Positions 37,011 to 48,056 of a stretch of 64,000 nt of DNA are shown in pieces (position 1 is the stretch's first letter; the number at the start of each line of letters is the position of its first letter). A model generated the notes under the pieces. That model ran no database searches. It was not told the DNA's origin and saw only the letters and a program-made list of their open reading frames with translations. The DNA is from Candidatus Borrarchaeum weybense (GTDB taxonomy: Archaea; Asgardarchaeota; Sifarchaeia; Borrarchaeales; Borrarchaeaceae). A program made the translations under genes and the position numbers. The DNA is taken from contig JAHQJS010000007.1 of NCBI GenBank assembly GCA_019057385.1, positions 448,001 to 512,000 on the forward strand, written 5' to 3'.

Positions 37011-38504
37011 CTAAAAACTCGTCAACCTTGTTTTTTCTTTTAATGAAATATATGCACGAGTATACACAAAACATACCAAAATAATGGAAAAAATGGCTAT
37101 CACTAATATTCGATAGAATCCGTTTTCAAATAAAAATTCAATTGCTCTAAACAATGGAACAGCGTTTAGCCAAAATTTGGGATAAATACCTAATACCATA
37201 ACAAATGTACTCCAAAAGAATAGGATATTAAAGATTATCTTTGATATCCTGGTTTTATTGGTATCGATTACAATCGATATATGAATAACTAGCAACGGAA
37301 TCATCTCATTCAAGTATCTTGTCGACCATTCCCATTCTCCAATTGGCAATATATACGCATAAATTACCGCGACTAGAATAAAAGAAGTTAGAGAAAAAAA
37401 TGAGATGTCGAATCCTTTTTGTTTAATTGTTCGGTAAATACCCAATAATGAGAAAATAAGCACTGGAGAATAGAAGAAGAGCCCTCTAAAAGGACTAAAA
37501 AGTAAGATAAATAATCCTACGAAAATATGTAATCCAGAATAAGATTGCTTTAATTGCCACCATAAGTACACATACGAAGGATAAGTGGGTTCTCCCGTAG
37601 ACATAGCCACTGAAAATGTAGTGATCCATGGACCTGCGTAGGTATATATCGTAGTAAATGGATTTCCAAACAAAATAAAATTATACAACATATGAACAGG
37701 AATCATTGTACAAAATCCAGCCAAAAAAAGCGAGAATTTGCTGAGTTTTTTATTTAACAAGAATACAAGTAACATTGGAAAGAGGATGAAAGTGTTTGAA
37801 TATCTTACAATTGTAGAATAACCCAATAACAATCCGGGAAAGATAAATTGTCTGTTTGTATTTTTTCTTCCTTTAATAATCTTCAAAACTTCATAAAAAC
37901 TATAAAAAACTAACATTGTACCCAATGAATGGTCGAAAAACGATCTTGCATAAACTAAATTGACTGTTGCGAAGGCAAATACATAAGACGATAAAAAACT
38001 AGCTTTCTCACTTGCACCAAGAAATTTGCATAGTTTGTAAATTAATAAAACAGTATACGAAGCAGATAATACATTCACTTGGCATACAAAAAAGAATAAA
38101 ACCCGTTCGAGGAGGACACCTTCTAAATTTAATAATCGTGCAATTAATGTACCAAGAATATAAAATGGAATGCCAAAGAAGGCGAGACCTGGTAGGTAGC
38201 GAATATACACGTTTCCATTAAGTACTATAAGATCCAATGGCTCTACTAATAGTACATTTTCAGCATAGGGAGTAATAGCAAAGCTATAGTTTTCAACAAT
38301 TGTCTTTGTTAAAAAATAAGAGTCAATTTCATCCGATGCGGTATAATCTGCGAAAGGAGGTATAACTGACATGGCCATGAAGATTTCTAAAAATGCTAAA
38401 ACAGTATAGATAAACCAAGGCAAAAGAAAAAGCCAAATAACCTGCTGTTTTCGGAGAGTCGATAATTTTGCTACTAGCCTACTTAAGTTCTTTCGAAACA
38501 ACAT
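37011..38504 (-). CDS. GT-C glycosyltransferase (PMT/ArnT-like)
   Basis: SDE after TM1, Y.PG, YARSFFDH, GNPF, LFSPFRGLFFYSP, RY motifs; about 11-12 TMs. Confidence 0.75.
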   Translation of the reverse strand: MLFRKNLSRLVAKLSTLRKQQVIWLFLLPWFIYTVLAFLEIFMAMSVIPPFADYTASDEIDSYFLTKTIVENYSFAITPYAENVLLVEPLDLIVLNGNVYIRYLPGLAFFGIPFYILGTLIARLLNLEGVLLERVLFFFVCQVNVLSASYTVLLIYKLCKFLGASEKASFLSSYVFAFATVNLVYARSFFDHSLGTMLVFYSFYEVLKIIKGRKNTNRQFIFPGLLLGYSTIVRYSNTFILFPMLLVFLLNKKLSKFSLFLAGFCTMIPVHMLYNFILFGNPFTTIYTYAGPWITTFSVAMSTGEPTYPSYVYLWWQLKQSYSGLHIFVGLFILLFSPFRGLFFYSPVLIFSLLGIYRTIKQKGFDISFFSLTSFILVAVIYAYILPIGEWEWSTRYLNEMIPLLVIHISIVIDTNKTRISKIIFNILFFWSTFVMVLGIYPKFWLNAVPLFRAIEFLFENGFYRILVIAIFSIILVCFVYTRAYISLKEKTRLTSF

Positions 38505-38788
38505 GATTAAACCTATCCTAAGTCATAGTGGAAAATAGACGGATTTTTTTTCTATTAATTTTCCGCCTTCAATGCTCGCAGGTGTTTTTAGGTATTTAAG
38601 AACTAAATATTTTAAAAAGTAATGATTTCTGCAATCTGTGTTCTTGTGTGCCTATTAAATTAGAATTTTCTTATTCAAAACCATTCATTAAAACAGTCCG
38701 AAAATTTAAGTTTCGCTAAAATTTGTGATTTTGCAAACGGTATTTGCTATGATGACAAAATAATTCAATGAGCCTTAGATGGTTAAAA

Positions 38789-39721
38789 TTAAGCGATATT
38801 TCCTTTTATAAAATATCTTAGCGTTTCAAACAAAAAACCAGACCAAAAGATCCATTTTGTAAGCAGTAAGTACGGAGCACACAACAAGAGATACTTTCTT
38901 GGAGTACTTTGTTGTTTTAGAATATGAAATAAGAAAAATAGATTAAGAAAAATGAAAGGAGATAAAAAAAAGACAATTCCTGTGAAAAAAAAGAAAATGA
39001 TAGTTACTATACTTGCAATAATAGCTAGCGGGATAACTAAGGATCGTTTAAAATTACCAAAATATCTTCTACTATTATGAACATAACTCTTGCCTCCAGC
39101 AAAGTATTTACGCAGAGTAACTGAGCTCAAATGAGTGACTCTAAACGATGGATCTAATAATGTTTCATATCCGAGTTCATTAATTTGCCGAATTAAGACA
39201 TTACCCTCAGACCATTTAAATTCACCAAACTTACATCCTTGATCAAATACTCTCTTCTTAAAGACGGCATTACCTTCTCTGAATCCCTCGTGAAATCCTA
39301 TTATTTTTTTATTACTAAATTCTTCATTTAGGACTTTTTGAATAAGGTCTTTCCCTCCCGAATAATAACCTAATATTCCAACAATCTCTGGATGCTCATT
39401 AAACGTATCGATAATTCTTTGAAACCAATTCTCAGGAATGATGCAATCGACGTCTAAAAATGCTATAATTTCACCCCTAGCTTGTTTGATGCCAAAATTT
39501 CTTGCTAAACCCGCTGAATTACATTGTTTACAATAAAAATATCTTACCCCATATTCCATGCAAATATTTTTTGTGTTATCAGTTCCACTATCTACGACTA
39601 CTATTTCATAGGAAATAGGTGATTTCTGTGCAATTAAAGCAGAGAGACAATCTCGGATGAATTTCTCTGAATTAAATGTTGGAATTATTACACTCATTAA
39701 TTGATAGGATGACAATTCCAT
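38789..39721 (-). CDS. GT2 glycosyltransferase with C-terminal TMs
   Basis: SVIIPTFN, VVDSG, ARNFG, FLDVDC. Confidence 0.92.
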   Translation of the reverse strand: MELSSYQLMSVIIPTFNSEKFIRDCLSALIAQKSPISYEIVVVDSGTDNTKNICMEYGVRYFYCKQCNSAGLARNFGIKQARGEIIAFLDVDCIIPENWFQRIIDTFNEHPEIVGILGYYSGGKDLIQKVLNEEFSNKKIIGFHEGFREGNAVFKKRVFDQGCKFGEFKWSEGNVLIRQINELGYETLLDPSFRVTHLSSVTLRKYFAGGKSYVHNSRRYFGNFKRSLVIPLAIIASIVTIIFFFFTGIVFFLSPFIFLNLFFLFHILKQQSTPRKYLLLCAPYLLLTKWIFWSGFLFETLRYFIKGNIA

Positions 39722-40010
39722 AACTCCAAATTTGGAAATCTACTACTTTTCAAAGAGCAATTTAAGTCTAGTTTCTTATTAAAAATGAAGTTCTTTAAAC
39801 CTCTTTTTATGTAGTTTATTCATAGAATGAAATTAAGAGTATCTTCATTATTTCGAATAACTACCTCGTTTTAGGCTTTTTTAAAATCTCAGAACGTCGC
39901 ACAAGAAACATCGTTGTTTTAATTAGCAGTATTAGAAATTTTTTATACCAATAATGAACACTTAAAAAAAAGAAAAACCTGATTAAATAAATGCTATAAT
40001 AGGGAGAATT

Positions 40011-41222
40011 ATGAGAGTTTGCTTTGTTTTTTTGTCAAAAAATCCTTGTTTGATTGATACGAAGTTTGGGGGAGGAAGTGAATATGGATTATATTTTCTT
40101 GCAAAAAACTTAGCAAAAAAGGGAATAAACGTTCATATAATCGCCAATCTACTAGAGAACGAAAATTACGTTAAAGATGGAATTTATTTTCATAATATTC
40201 CAATAGGAAAAAATGCTCTTTGGAGAAATCTTAAGATATTTAATTTTCTTTATGGACTAAATAAGAAATATAATTTTAATATTCTAAATCTTTTGAATGC
40301 AAATTTTGCTATGCCGATTCTCCTTTTCGCAAAAATGGAACATGTACCAATTATCTATTCAGAATGGAATCATTATCCTTGGCTGGAAGATAAGTGTAAG
40401 ATCAATCCTCGAATTTATTGGTTGTTGATTAAATTAACTTTAAAACGATCTAAAGTTGTAACAGCAGCAAGTAATGTCTTAAGAAAGAAGATTTTAGACG
40501 AAATTAAGATTTCCGAATCAAGAATTAAAACTATTCCAATGGGAATGGACTTAACAAGTTTTCAAATAAAGAAATCTAATTTCGCAAAGGAAAAGCACGG
40601 CTTTAATGAAGACGATCCTATTTTGTTATCGGTTGCACGCATTGTGCCCCATAAAGGACATAAAGATTTAATTGAAGCAGTTGCAATGGTTAGGGAAGAT
40701 ATTCCTAATATTAAAGCATTATTAATTGGTCCAAGAGAAGAAAAATCTGCTTTTAGCATTAATGATTCTCCCTCTAGTTATTATTTTCAATTAATTTCAT
40801 TAATTAAAGAATATGGTTTAGAGAAAAATGTTTTTTTCTTAGGCACTGTTCCTAGAGAGGATTTATCACTTTATTATTCCTCTTCCGATATTTTTGTTCT
40901 TCCCACAAGGAAAGAGGGTTTTGGAACAGTTTTTATAGAAGCAATGGCCTCAGGCCTACCCATAATTACATGTAAAATTGAACCGATGACCCAAGTTGTT
41001 GGCGAAAAGGTTGGCATTTTTATCGAGCCATCTAAAACAAAAAATCTAGCGGGAGCAATTAAAAAAATTCTCAACAATAAAGATTTAGCCACTAAAATGA
41101 GTTTGAATGCAATTGAAAGAGTAACACGCTACTATAGCATAAATGTGGTAGCGGAAGAAACTCATAAACTCTTCTTACAAGTTTTAGAGCACCTTAAGTC
41201 TATGAAAAAATCCCATATGTGA
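40011..41222 (+). CDS. GT4 glycosyltransferase
   Basis: FGGGSE, SVARIVPHKG, EGFGTVFIEAMA. Confidence 0.95.
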   Translation: MRVCFVFLSKNPCLIDTKFGGGSEYGLYFLAKNLAKKGINVHIIANLLENENYVKDGIYFHNIPIGKNALWRNLKIFNFLYGLNKKYNFNILNLLNANFAMPILLFAKMEHVPIIYSEWNHYPWLEDKCKINPRIYWLLIKLTLKRSKVVTAASNVLRKKILDEIKISESRIKTIPMGMDLTSFQIKKSNFAKEKHGFNEDDPILLSVARIVPHKGHKDLIEAVAMVREDIPNIKALLIGPREEKSAFSINDSPSSYYFQLISLIKEYGLEKNVFFLGTVPREDLSLYYSSSDIFVLPTRKEGFGTVFIEAMASGLPIITCKIEPMTQVVGEKVGIFIEPSKTKNLAGAIKKILNNKDLATKMSLNAIERVTRYYSINVVAEETHKLFLQVLEHLKSMKKSHM

Positions 41223-41251
41223 TTCTTAAGATGTAGTATAAATGATAAAAA

Positions 41252-42400
41252 ATGAGATTGATAAAAATAGAGAGGAATTCTTTGAAAAAATTGAATGTGT
41301 CTTTTATTAGCTGTTGGTATCCTAATATTGGAGTTTCTGATTACACTTGCGAACTTATGAGCGCACTTCAGGAACTAAAAGAGATTGAAAAGATTAAAAT
41401 TGTTTCAGGTAGTTGTTGGTGTGAAGCTAGAGTGAATAAAGCTTCAAAGCAGGGATGCAATTCTTGGTATCCATCAGCATGGGAGAAAATATTCAAATTC
41501 TTCTTTAGAAAGTATTATAATCTGCCAAATAGTATTTTGCGGGCAATTTGGACGAATTTCAAAACTTTAAATAGTGATATTGTCCACTATCAACTATGTG
41601 CAGGTAGTTTTGGATTTATTAGTCTTTTATCTTTTCTTCTTCTTCCGAAAAAAGCAAAAAAAGTTGTTACTCTACATGAAATTGTATTTAGCAATAGATT
41701 TTCTAAAATACTAAAACCTATAATTGAGAAAATTGATGCAGTCATCGTACATACGGATTTTTCTAAGAAAAAATTAATTCAGATTTTCCCTTATTTAGAA
41801 AGTAAGATTAGAATAATCTATCATGGAGTTAAGATCCCCGAACTTAAACATTACCTAAGGGACAAAATAACCTTTTTTGGTCCGCCTGTTGAATCTAGAG
41901 GCATTTATATTCTTTTAAATGCTATGACAATTTTAAATGAAAAAAACACGCCTATTACTCTTCATATTTATGGCCCTGTGCTCAATTTTGAAAGGAAAGA
42001 AATAATGAATTATGCTGAAAAGAACAAGATTACTGAAAATATTGTATTTGGTGGAGAATTATCTGAGAATATATTTTTTCAAAAATTACAGAAAAGTAAA
42101 ATTTTGATCGTGCCCCGTCTTGAAGCACATGCTAGTAGTACTATAATAAAAGCAATGGCTTGTGAAACACCTATTATAGCCACCAACATTGGAGGTATTC
42201 CTGAATATCTTGGAAACGCAGGTATCTTGATTCCACCTAATAATGCGGAGGTTTTAGCTGATACAATACAAAAACTGAATGCTGATGAAAAAACTAGAAA
42301 AAAAATTGGTATTTCAGGCCGGAAACGAGCCAAGAGAATTTTTCAATGGAGTAAAATTGCTGAAAAAACTCTAAAATTATATAGATGTCTAATGTTGTGA
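41252..42400 (+). CDS. GT4 glycosyltransferase with a divergent EX7E motif
   Basis: GVSDY, VTLHE, IYHGV, EAHASSTIIKAMACETP, GGIPE. Confidence 0.88.
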   Translation: MRLIKIERNSLKKLNVSFISCWYPNIGVSDYTCELMSALQELKEIEKIKIVSGSCWCEARVNKASKQGCNSWYPSAWEKIFKFFFRKYYNLPNSILRAIWTNFKTLNSDIVHYQLCAGSFGFISLLSFLLLPKKAKKVVTLHEIVFSNRFSKILKPIIEKIDAVIVHTDFSKKKLIQIFPYLESKIRIIYHGVKIPELKHYLRDKITFFGPPVESRGIYILLNAMTILNEKNTPITLHIYGPVLNFERKEIMNYAEKNKITENIVFGGELSENIFFQKLQKSKILIVPRLEAHASSTIIKAMACETPIIATNIGGIPEYLGNAGILIPPNNAEVLADTIQKLNADEKTRKKIGISGRKRAKRIFQWSKIAEKTLKLYRCLML

Positions 42401-42425
42401 AAATAAGGAGAGGAAATTTGTAAAA

Positions 42426-43625
42426 ATGTTGAGAATTTGCATGAATGGAATGATATCACTGCCGATTCCTCCAAAATTTGGTGGAGGAACTGAGCAAATG
42501 ATATACGATTTAGCAAAGTATCTTTCTCAAAAAGACCTTGAAATTCATATAGTTGTAAGTCAGAAAAATAAAAAGATCATACAAGATAAGCAAATTTTCT
42601 CATATCATGGAATTCCTTATAATAAAGATACTTTTCATTTTCCTAAGGCTTGTTTACAATATCCAATTACATTTCCAAGTTTTTTACTTTTGGATGCAAA
42701 ATATAATTTCGATTTATTTCATATTTTTCATGGATGGTCTCCTTTGTGTATGAAATTAACAGCCAAAATGAGATCAAAACCTTATGTTTTTTCAGAATTT
42801 AATCATTATCCATGGCTGCAATTAGGAGATGCCGCAAAACTACATATCAAAATAGCTTCAATGATTTCAAAATCTGCTGCAGCGGTCATAACGCCAAGCG
42901 AGATCATTCGGCAGAAAATCATCGAGAATGTAAAAGGGATTAATCCAAATACGGTCAAAATGATTCCCCATGCTATCGATACTATGAAGTTTAATCCGAC
43001 GATTAATGGAAATATTATAAGAGAACGATTTAAAATAAACGATAAACCTCTAATACTTTCTGTTGGAAGACTTGACCCACATAAAGGAGCGAAAAATATC
43101 ATTATGGCATTTAAATCTGTTAAGAAAGTTATTCCTGATGCGATTTTAATGTTTGTTGGACCAAAATTGGAGAGTTTTCATCATACTTTCGAATGCAAAC
43201 ATTCAAAGTTCTATATCTATTTATCCAAATTAATTTCCAAGAATAAACTATCGGATAGTATTATTTTTACTGGTGTTGTTCCGAGACAAGAACTTCCCTA
43301 TTATTTTGCAGCTTCAGACATTTTTGTGTTGCCTTCAAAAATGGAAGCATTCGGAGTTGTTTTTATTGAAGCAATGTCTTCAGGTAAACCCGTTGTTACA
43401 AGTAATCTTCCTCCGATGAACACTCTTATTGATGATGCGAGTGGCATATTGATTAATCCCGATGACTATGATCAATTATCAAAATCAATTATATATCTAC
43501 TAAATGAACCCAAATTAGCTAAAAAGAAGGGAATGGCGGGAAGGGCTAAAGTTGAGAAAATATATAATTGGGATTTTGTTTCTGAACAATATCTTGAAAT
43601 CTATAAAGAAATATCCAATAAATAA
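42426..43625 (+). CDS. GT4 glycosyltransferase (paralog of 40011-41222)
   Basis: FGGGTE, SEFNHYPWL (vs SEWNHYPWL), GRLDPHKG, EAFGVVFIEAMS. Confidence 0.95.
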   Translation: MLRICMNGMISLPIPPKFGGGTEQMIYDLAKYLSQKDLEIHIVVSQKNKKIIQDKQIFSYHGIPYNKDTFHFPKACLQYPITFPSFLLLDAKYNFDLFHIFHGWSPLCMKLTAKMRSKPYVFSEFNHYPWLQLGDAAKLHIKIASMISKSAAAVITPSEIIRQKIIENVKGINPNTVKMIPHAIDTMKFNPTINGNIIRERFKINDKPLILSVGRLDPHKGAKNIIMAFKSVKKVIPDAILMFVGPKLESFHHTFECKHSKFYIYLSKLISKNKLSDSIIFTGVVPRQELPYYFAASDIFVLPSKMEAFGVVFIEAMSSGKPVVTSNLPPMNTLIDDASGILINPDDYDQLSKSIIYLLNEPKLAKKKGMAGRAKVEKIYNWDFVSEQYLEIYKEISNK

Positions 43626-43704
43626 GTTCAGAAGTTCACTTAAGCGGATTCTGATTATTTAAGGGACGCAGAAGATTATTAATTAAAAATAGACAACAAT
43701 TTTG

Positions 43705-44883
43705 TTATTTTAGAAGTGAAATAAAAAGTGCTTCATATTTTCGTGAAATATTTCTCCAATCATATTTTTGAACGAATTCCAAAGCATTCTGGGCAATTTT
43801 ATATTTTAAATTCTCATCCTTCCATAAATCTTCTACGATTTTTAAAATAGAAATAGGATTTAAGTCAGTTAAAAATCCATTTTCAGAATTTTTAATTAAT
43901 TCTTCGAAGGCAGGCAGTTCTGACGCAATTACCGGCTTTCCAGCAGCCATTGCCTCAAGGATTGGCAATCCAAATGTTTCTTTTCTTGAAGGAAATATGC
44001 AAATATCTCCACCTTTATATAAAGGAATAATATCATGCAAAGGCAGTTTTCCGTATAGAAATATGTCTAATTTTCTGAGTTTACTTACTTTTTGCCTACT
44101 AAGACAATGATGACCCACAAGATGTAATTCAGCTTCAGGAAATTTCATTTTGATTTTTTGAAATGCGATTAGTAATATATCTATGCCTTTTCTCTTTTCA
44201 AAATAGCCAACATTTACGATTGATGGTTTTCCATTCAATAATATAGTTTTAGATTCTTTAAAACTTCTAATATCAACACCATTTGGAATAGTAACCATTT
44301 TTTTCGATATAAACCCTTCTCTTTTTAAATTATCTAATAGGAATTTACTGGGAGCCACAACAGCATCTAAATATCTCCATGCAACACGAAAAGCGAATAA
44401 TCTCAATCTTTTTAAAATGGATGAGAATTTTTTTCTTTTTAAGGCAAAATTTGTGCTTAATACAGGCGTATCGTGGCAGGTATAGATTATGTATACTGAA
44501 CGAAAAATCTTAGCTAAGACAGGATATAAAAAAGATAGATCTGAAAAACCAAAAGCATGAAAATGAATAATTTCGTAATCTTTCGACAAAATAAGTTTAA
44601 GATTTTTCGGGATGTTTCTTAATGTTTTTAAAATTAAGTTTTTGATATCGGTAGGGCAGAGAGCATACATTGATTTTGTATAAATTGGTATTAGTTCAAC
44701 ATTTTTCAATTTTGTTTTTTCTAGAATTGGTTTCAACTTTTTTCTTGTGTTTGTAGGGATGTTCATTAGGACTGTTATTTTATGCCCTAATTCGCCCAAC
44801 TGCTTAACAAGATTATATGTAACAGTTGCAATACCTCCAATTGCGAAAGGAGCAACGGTTGTATTGCATACTAGAATTTTCAT
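43705..44883 (-). CDS. GT4 glycosyltransferase
   Basis: GGIAT, IPNGVD, KRKG, ETFGLPILEAMA. Confidence 0.95.
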   Translation of the reverse strand: MKILVCNTTVAPFAIGGIATVTYNLVKQLGELGHKITVLMNIPTNTRKKLKPILEKTKLKNVELIPIYTKSMYALCPTDIKNLILKTLRNIPKNLKLILSKDYEIIHFHAFGFSDLSFLYPVLAKIFRSVYIIYTCHDTPVLSTNFALKRKKFSSILKRLRLFAFRVAWRYLDAVVAPSKFLLDNLKREGFISKKMVTIPNGVDIRSFKESKTILLNGKPSIVNVGYFEKRKGIDILLIAFQKIKMKFPEAELHLVGHHCLSRQKVSKLRKLDIFLYGKLPLHDIIPLYKGGDICIFPSRKETFGLPILEAMAAGKPVIASELPAFEELIKNSENGFLTDLNPISILKIVEDLWKDENLKYKIAQNALEFVQKYDWRNISRKYEALFISLLK

Positions 44884-45032
44884 GTTTATCCTCTTTAAAG
44901 AATTAACAAATATTCTTCATGGAACTTAGTTAAAAAATATCGACTAAAAATGGTTTGTTCTTTTTCTTAAAAGCAATATGATTTTAAATATGATGGCTTC
45001 TTCTGATTTTCAAAAAGGAAGTAAGATTTTTA

Positions 45033-46541
45033 ATGACAGAAGAATCAGCAGTTGATATTTTAGACGATTTAAATAAATTTGGGACTAAAATATCTCGCTT
45101 TTCTTCAATAATTTTAATAACCAGATTTTTTATATACGTTGAGTCTTTTATTGCACTTAAAATCTTTTCTAATGTACTATCAACAACTGAATATGGTTTT
45201 TATTCATTTAGTATAGTTTTTGCTAACACATTTGTTCTCATATTTACTTCTTTTTTTACTGATGGTATTTCTAGATATGTGATAAGTTATGAGGAAAGTA
45301 ACGAGTACAAGAAAACCCGTGACATTATATTTACTGGTTTAATTTTTCTTTTTTTTCTTGAATTAGCTGCTTGGTCGATAGTTATTGTTTTGAACTTTCT
45401 CAACATTAGAGTATTTAATCATCCTCAATATCTTGCTCTTTTAATTGCTATATCTCTCTTTGGACTAATAAGTTCATTAAACGCAATTTTTTCTAATGTT
45501 ATTAAAGCTCGTCAAATGTTAAGATGGTATATTGCCTTTGAACTTTTATCAGTATTTTTAGGTCTTATTGTGGGACTTGTTTTTGTGTTCATGTTTGCAA
45601 TGAGAGAGCTAGGAATTTTTATTGGGTTGATAATTGGTAATTTTTGTTCATTCCTTGCTTTTCTTATTTATTTTTTGTTAAAATCTGGGTCAGGCAGTAT
45701 TTCTATAGACCAATTAAGAAAAATTACAAAATTTGGAATTCCAAGCGTGAGCATGTTAATTGTTGGATCCATTCATGATTTTATAATGAATTATATAATT
45801 CTCTTGTTTGTTTCTGCAGAATCAGTTGCCTTTTTTGCAATTGGGAGTACAGTTGCTGGTCTTTTCAATCTTCCCTTTATTGGATTACAGGCTGCATTTC
45901 CAGTGATAGTTACTCAAATGTGGGAACAAAAGAAAGAAGAGCAGTTAAAAGTTTTTACTGCAAAATTGGTTCGATTGTTAATTGCATTGGGTTTCCTCGT
46001 TGTTATACTCCTTTATGCAGTATCACCTTTCTTAATTGTATTTGTAAGCAACGTAAACTACTTACCAGCTTTGATTATTATCCCATTTTATCTCCCTGCG
46101 CTTTTTTTTGGACTTATAACAACTATAATTAATACTTCCTGTTATGTTAGGGAAAGAATGGAAATCGTTGCTAAGTCATACATAATTGCACATCTTTCTT
46201 CGATGGTTTTTTTCGTATTAATTCCTTTCTTGGAATTAGTTGGCGCTGGTATCGCTGCTGTAGCATTTAGCATAATATACTTAGGATTGTCCTATAAGAA
46301 TACAAAAGAACTTTTTCAAATAAAATATGAAACAGCCAAGATTCTTTGGACAATCTTTTCCGGTCTTTTATGTGTAGGATGTTATTTAATATTAGAATAT
46401 CTTTTCATATTTAATTCTATATTAAATATTATCATTTCTTTGACTCTCTATGTCATTCTCATAATATTTTCAAAAGCTGTTGAAATTATTGAGATTAAAT
46501 TTATTACTAAGACATTATTTAGAATGATAAAATCTTCTTAG
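45033..46541 (+). CDS. MOP-superfamily oligosaccharide flippase (Wzx/AglR-like)
   Basis: About 14 TMs, LSTTEYGFYS, AAFP, VGAGIA. Confidence 0.88.
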   Translation: MTEESAVDILDDLNKFGTKISRFSSIILITRFFIYVESFIALKIFSNVLSTTEYGFYSFSIVFANTFVLIFTSFFTDGISRYVISYEESNEYKKTRDIIFTGLIFLFFLELAAWSIVIVLNFLNIRVFNHPQYLALLIAISLFGLISSLNAIFSNVIKARQMLRWYIAFELLSVFLGLIVGLVFVFMFAMRELGIFIGLIIGNFCSFLAFLIYFLLKSGSGSISIDQLRKITKFGIPSVSMLIVGSIHDFIMNYIILLFVSAESVAFFAIGSTVAGLFNLPFIGLQAAFPVIVTQMWEQKKEEQLKVFTAKLVRLLIALGFLVVILLYAVSPFLIVFVSNVNYLPALIIIPFYLPALFFGLITTIINTSCYVRERMEIVAKSYIIAHLSSMVFFVLIPFLELVGAGIAAVAFSIIYLGLSYKNTKELFQIKYETAKILWTIFSGLLCVGCYLILEYLFIFNSILNIIISLTLYVILIIFSKAVEIIEIKFITKTLFRMIKSS

Positions 46542-46582
46542 TTGCTTCAAGTTTGAACTCAATTGAGTAGTAATTCAAGCAA

Positions 46583-47938
46583 CTAGCAGCGAAATGATTG
46601 AATAATTTCTCTTACTCGGGCAATAATTTTTCTAGGAAAGATTTTAGGCCTTCCAAGGGAATATTTTGACTTCTTAGGAAATAAAAAATTCAGTTTAAAC
46701 TTGTTTTCCTTTTCTTGAATGACTGAAATGTTTTCTTGCGTTTCAATTAGAATAAAGTTATTCTTACACCTCGATATAAGAGTGGGAAATGATTTCTCAG
46801 TTATTTTTTCAAACTCAGGGATTTTTCTAGACAGCATAGAAAATAATCTGAAAACCATTGTATTCCAACCTGCGACATGAAGGTTATCTTTCCAGTTCGT
46901 TTCATATTCTGTAGTACTTTTTTCTTTATTCTTAAAGTTTATTCCGATAGATGTTCTAAATCCTCCATTGTAATCCAGACCACGTTTAATAAATTCAATG
47001 TGTTTTGAAACACTAAACTTTCCACCAAATTCGTTTAATAATAATAATGCTCTAACAACTTCTGCTGAGCCTGCAATCCAAATAGGATATTTTGACTTAA
47101 TCCATTTATTTTCTACAAATGAAAAATCGTGAGCAAAGCCGCCTTCTCGAAGTGCCATTTTTTCTAAGAACTTCCCTACCAACATTGCGGCATCTAAGTA
47201 ACGTTCATCGGTTATTGATCGGTAAAGCAATATCAAGGCAGGAATACATCTTGCATTATAGAAACTCATAACAAATGGCGTCTTGCTATTTGCACTTTGG
47301 TAGATCCCACCAAAAATCGGTTCATTTTCATTAAGAATTTGTTGAGTTAGTATAAAATCCCCTGCGGGGATGACAAATCTTCGAAGTAAATTTGCATTAC
47401 TGGAAAGCTCATAATGTTTAATCAATGCTTCAATCGTTGTTGCGATTTTATTAGGCACAAAGAAGTCTGTTCTTGTAGAATTTTTAAACGCCTTAACGCT
47501 TTTGTCAAATAATCGACTTAAGTGAAATGTTTTCAAATTTCTATCAGCAACAAAGAAATACTTCTTCCACTTTTTCCTCTCTGTTTTCAAGATTTTTGCC
47601 AACTCAAGTAAACCAATATCTACTGCAGCTTCGTGAGGTGTCCCTCCGCAGCCTGGATTTGCCTCAAATTTTGAATTTCGAAAAGATGAATTCCTAAGTT
47701 GACTTACAATGATGTCTTGAGCAACATTTTCAGCCTTTCTTAACCAGATCGTCGTATCTGATTTTTTAAAAAATGTAATGAGCCCTGTCAACAATCCTTC
47801 ATATCTCCAATCTATTCCAGGTCCAATGTATTCCAAACTATCTTTCCAATAATGGACTACTGGCCCACCATAACCGCCTTTTTGATACATTGTTTCAAGC
47901 CATGCTAAATTGCTGGTCAATATGTCAGAGTAATCCAT
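46583..47938 (-). CDS. Hypothetical protein, probable alpha/alpha-toroid (six-hairpin glycosidase/epimerase-like)
   Basis: Helix-hairpin repeats ending in Q/G..G.F (SQLRNSSF, QQI..GGIY, ERYLDAA..G.FL, DYNGGF); last gene of a minus-strand operon. Confidence 0.6.
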   Translation of the reverse strand: MDYSDILTSNLAWLETMYQKGGYGGPVVHYWKDSLEYIGPGIDWRYEGLLTGLITFFKKSDTTIWLRKAENVAQDIIVSQLRNSSFRNSKFEANPGCGGTPHEAAVDIGLLELAKILKTERKKWKKYFFVADRNLKTFHLSRLFDKSVKAFKNSTRTDFFVPNKIATTIEALIKHYELSSNANLLRRFVIPAGDFILTQQILNENEPIFGGIYQSANSKTPFVMSFYNARCIPALILLYRSITDERYLDAAMLVGKFLEKMALREGGFAHDFSFVENKWIKSKYPIWIAGSAEVVRALLLLNEFGGKFSVSKHIEFIKRGLDYNGGFRTSIGINFKNKEKSTTEYETNWKDNLHVAGWNTMVFRLFSMLSRKIPEFEKITEKSFPTLISRCKNNFILIETQENISVIQEKENKFKLNFLFPKKSKYSLGRPKIFPRKIIARVREIIQSFRC

Positions 47939-48056
47939 CTAGATTCCTCGAATTTTTTGATACTAGCATTTGACGATACCTTGAAGTTCTAGGATTGCCA
48001 TGAGATTAATAATTAAAGTATTGAAACTTTTCTGATTTATTATAAAACAAATCCGT

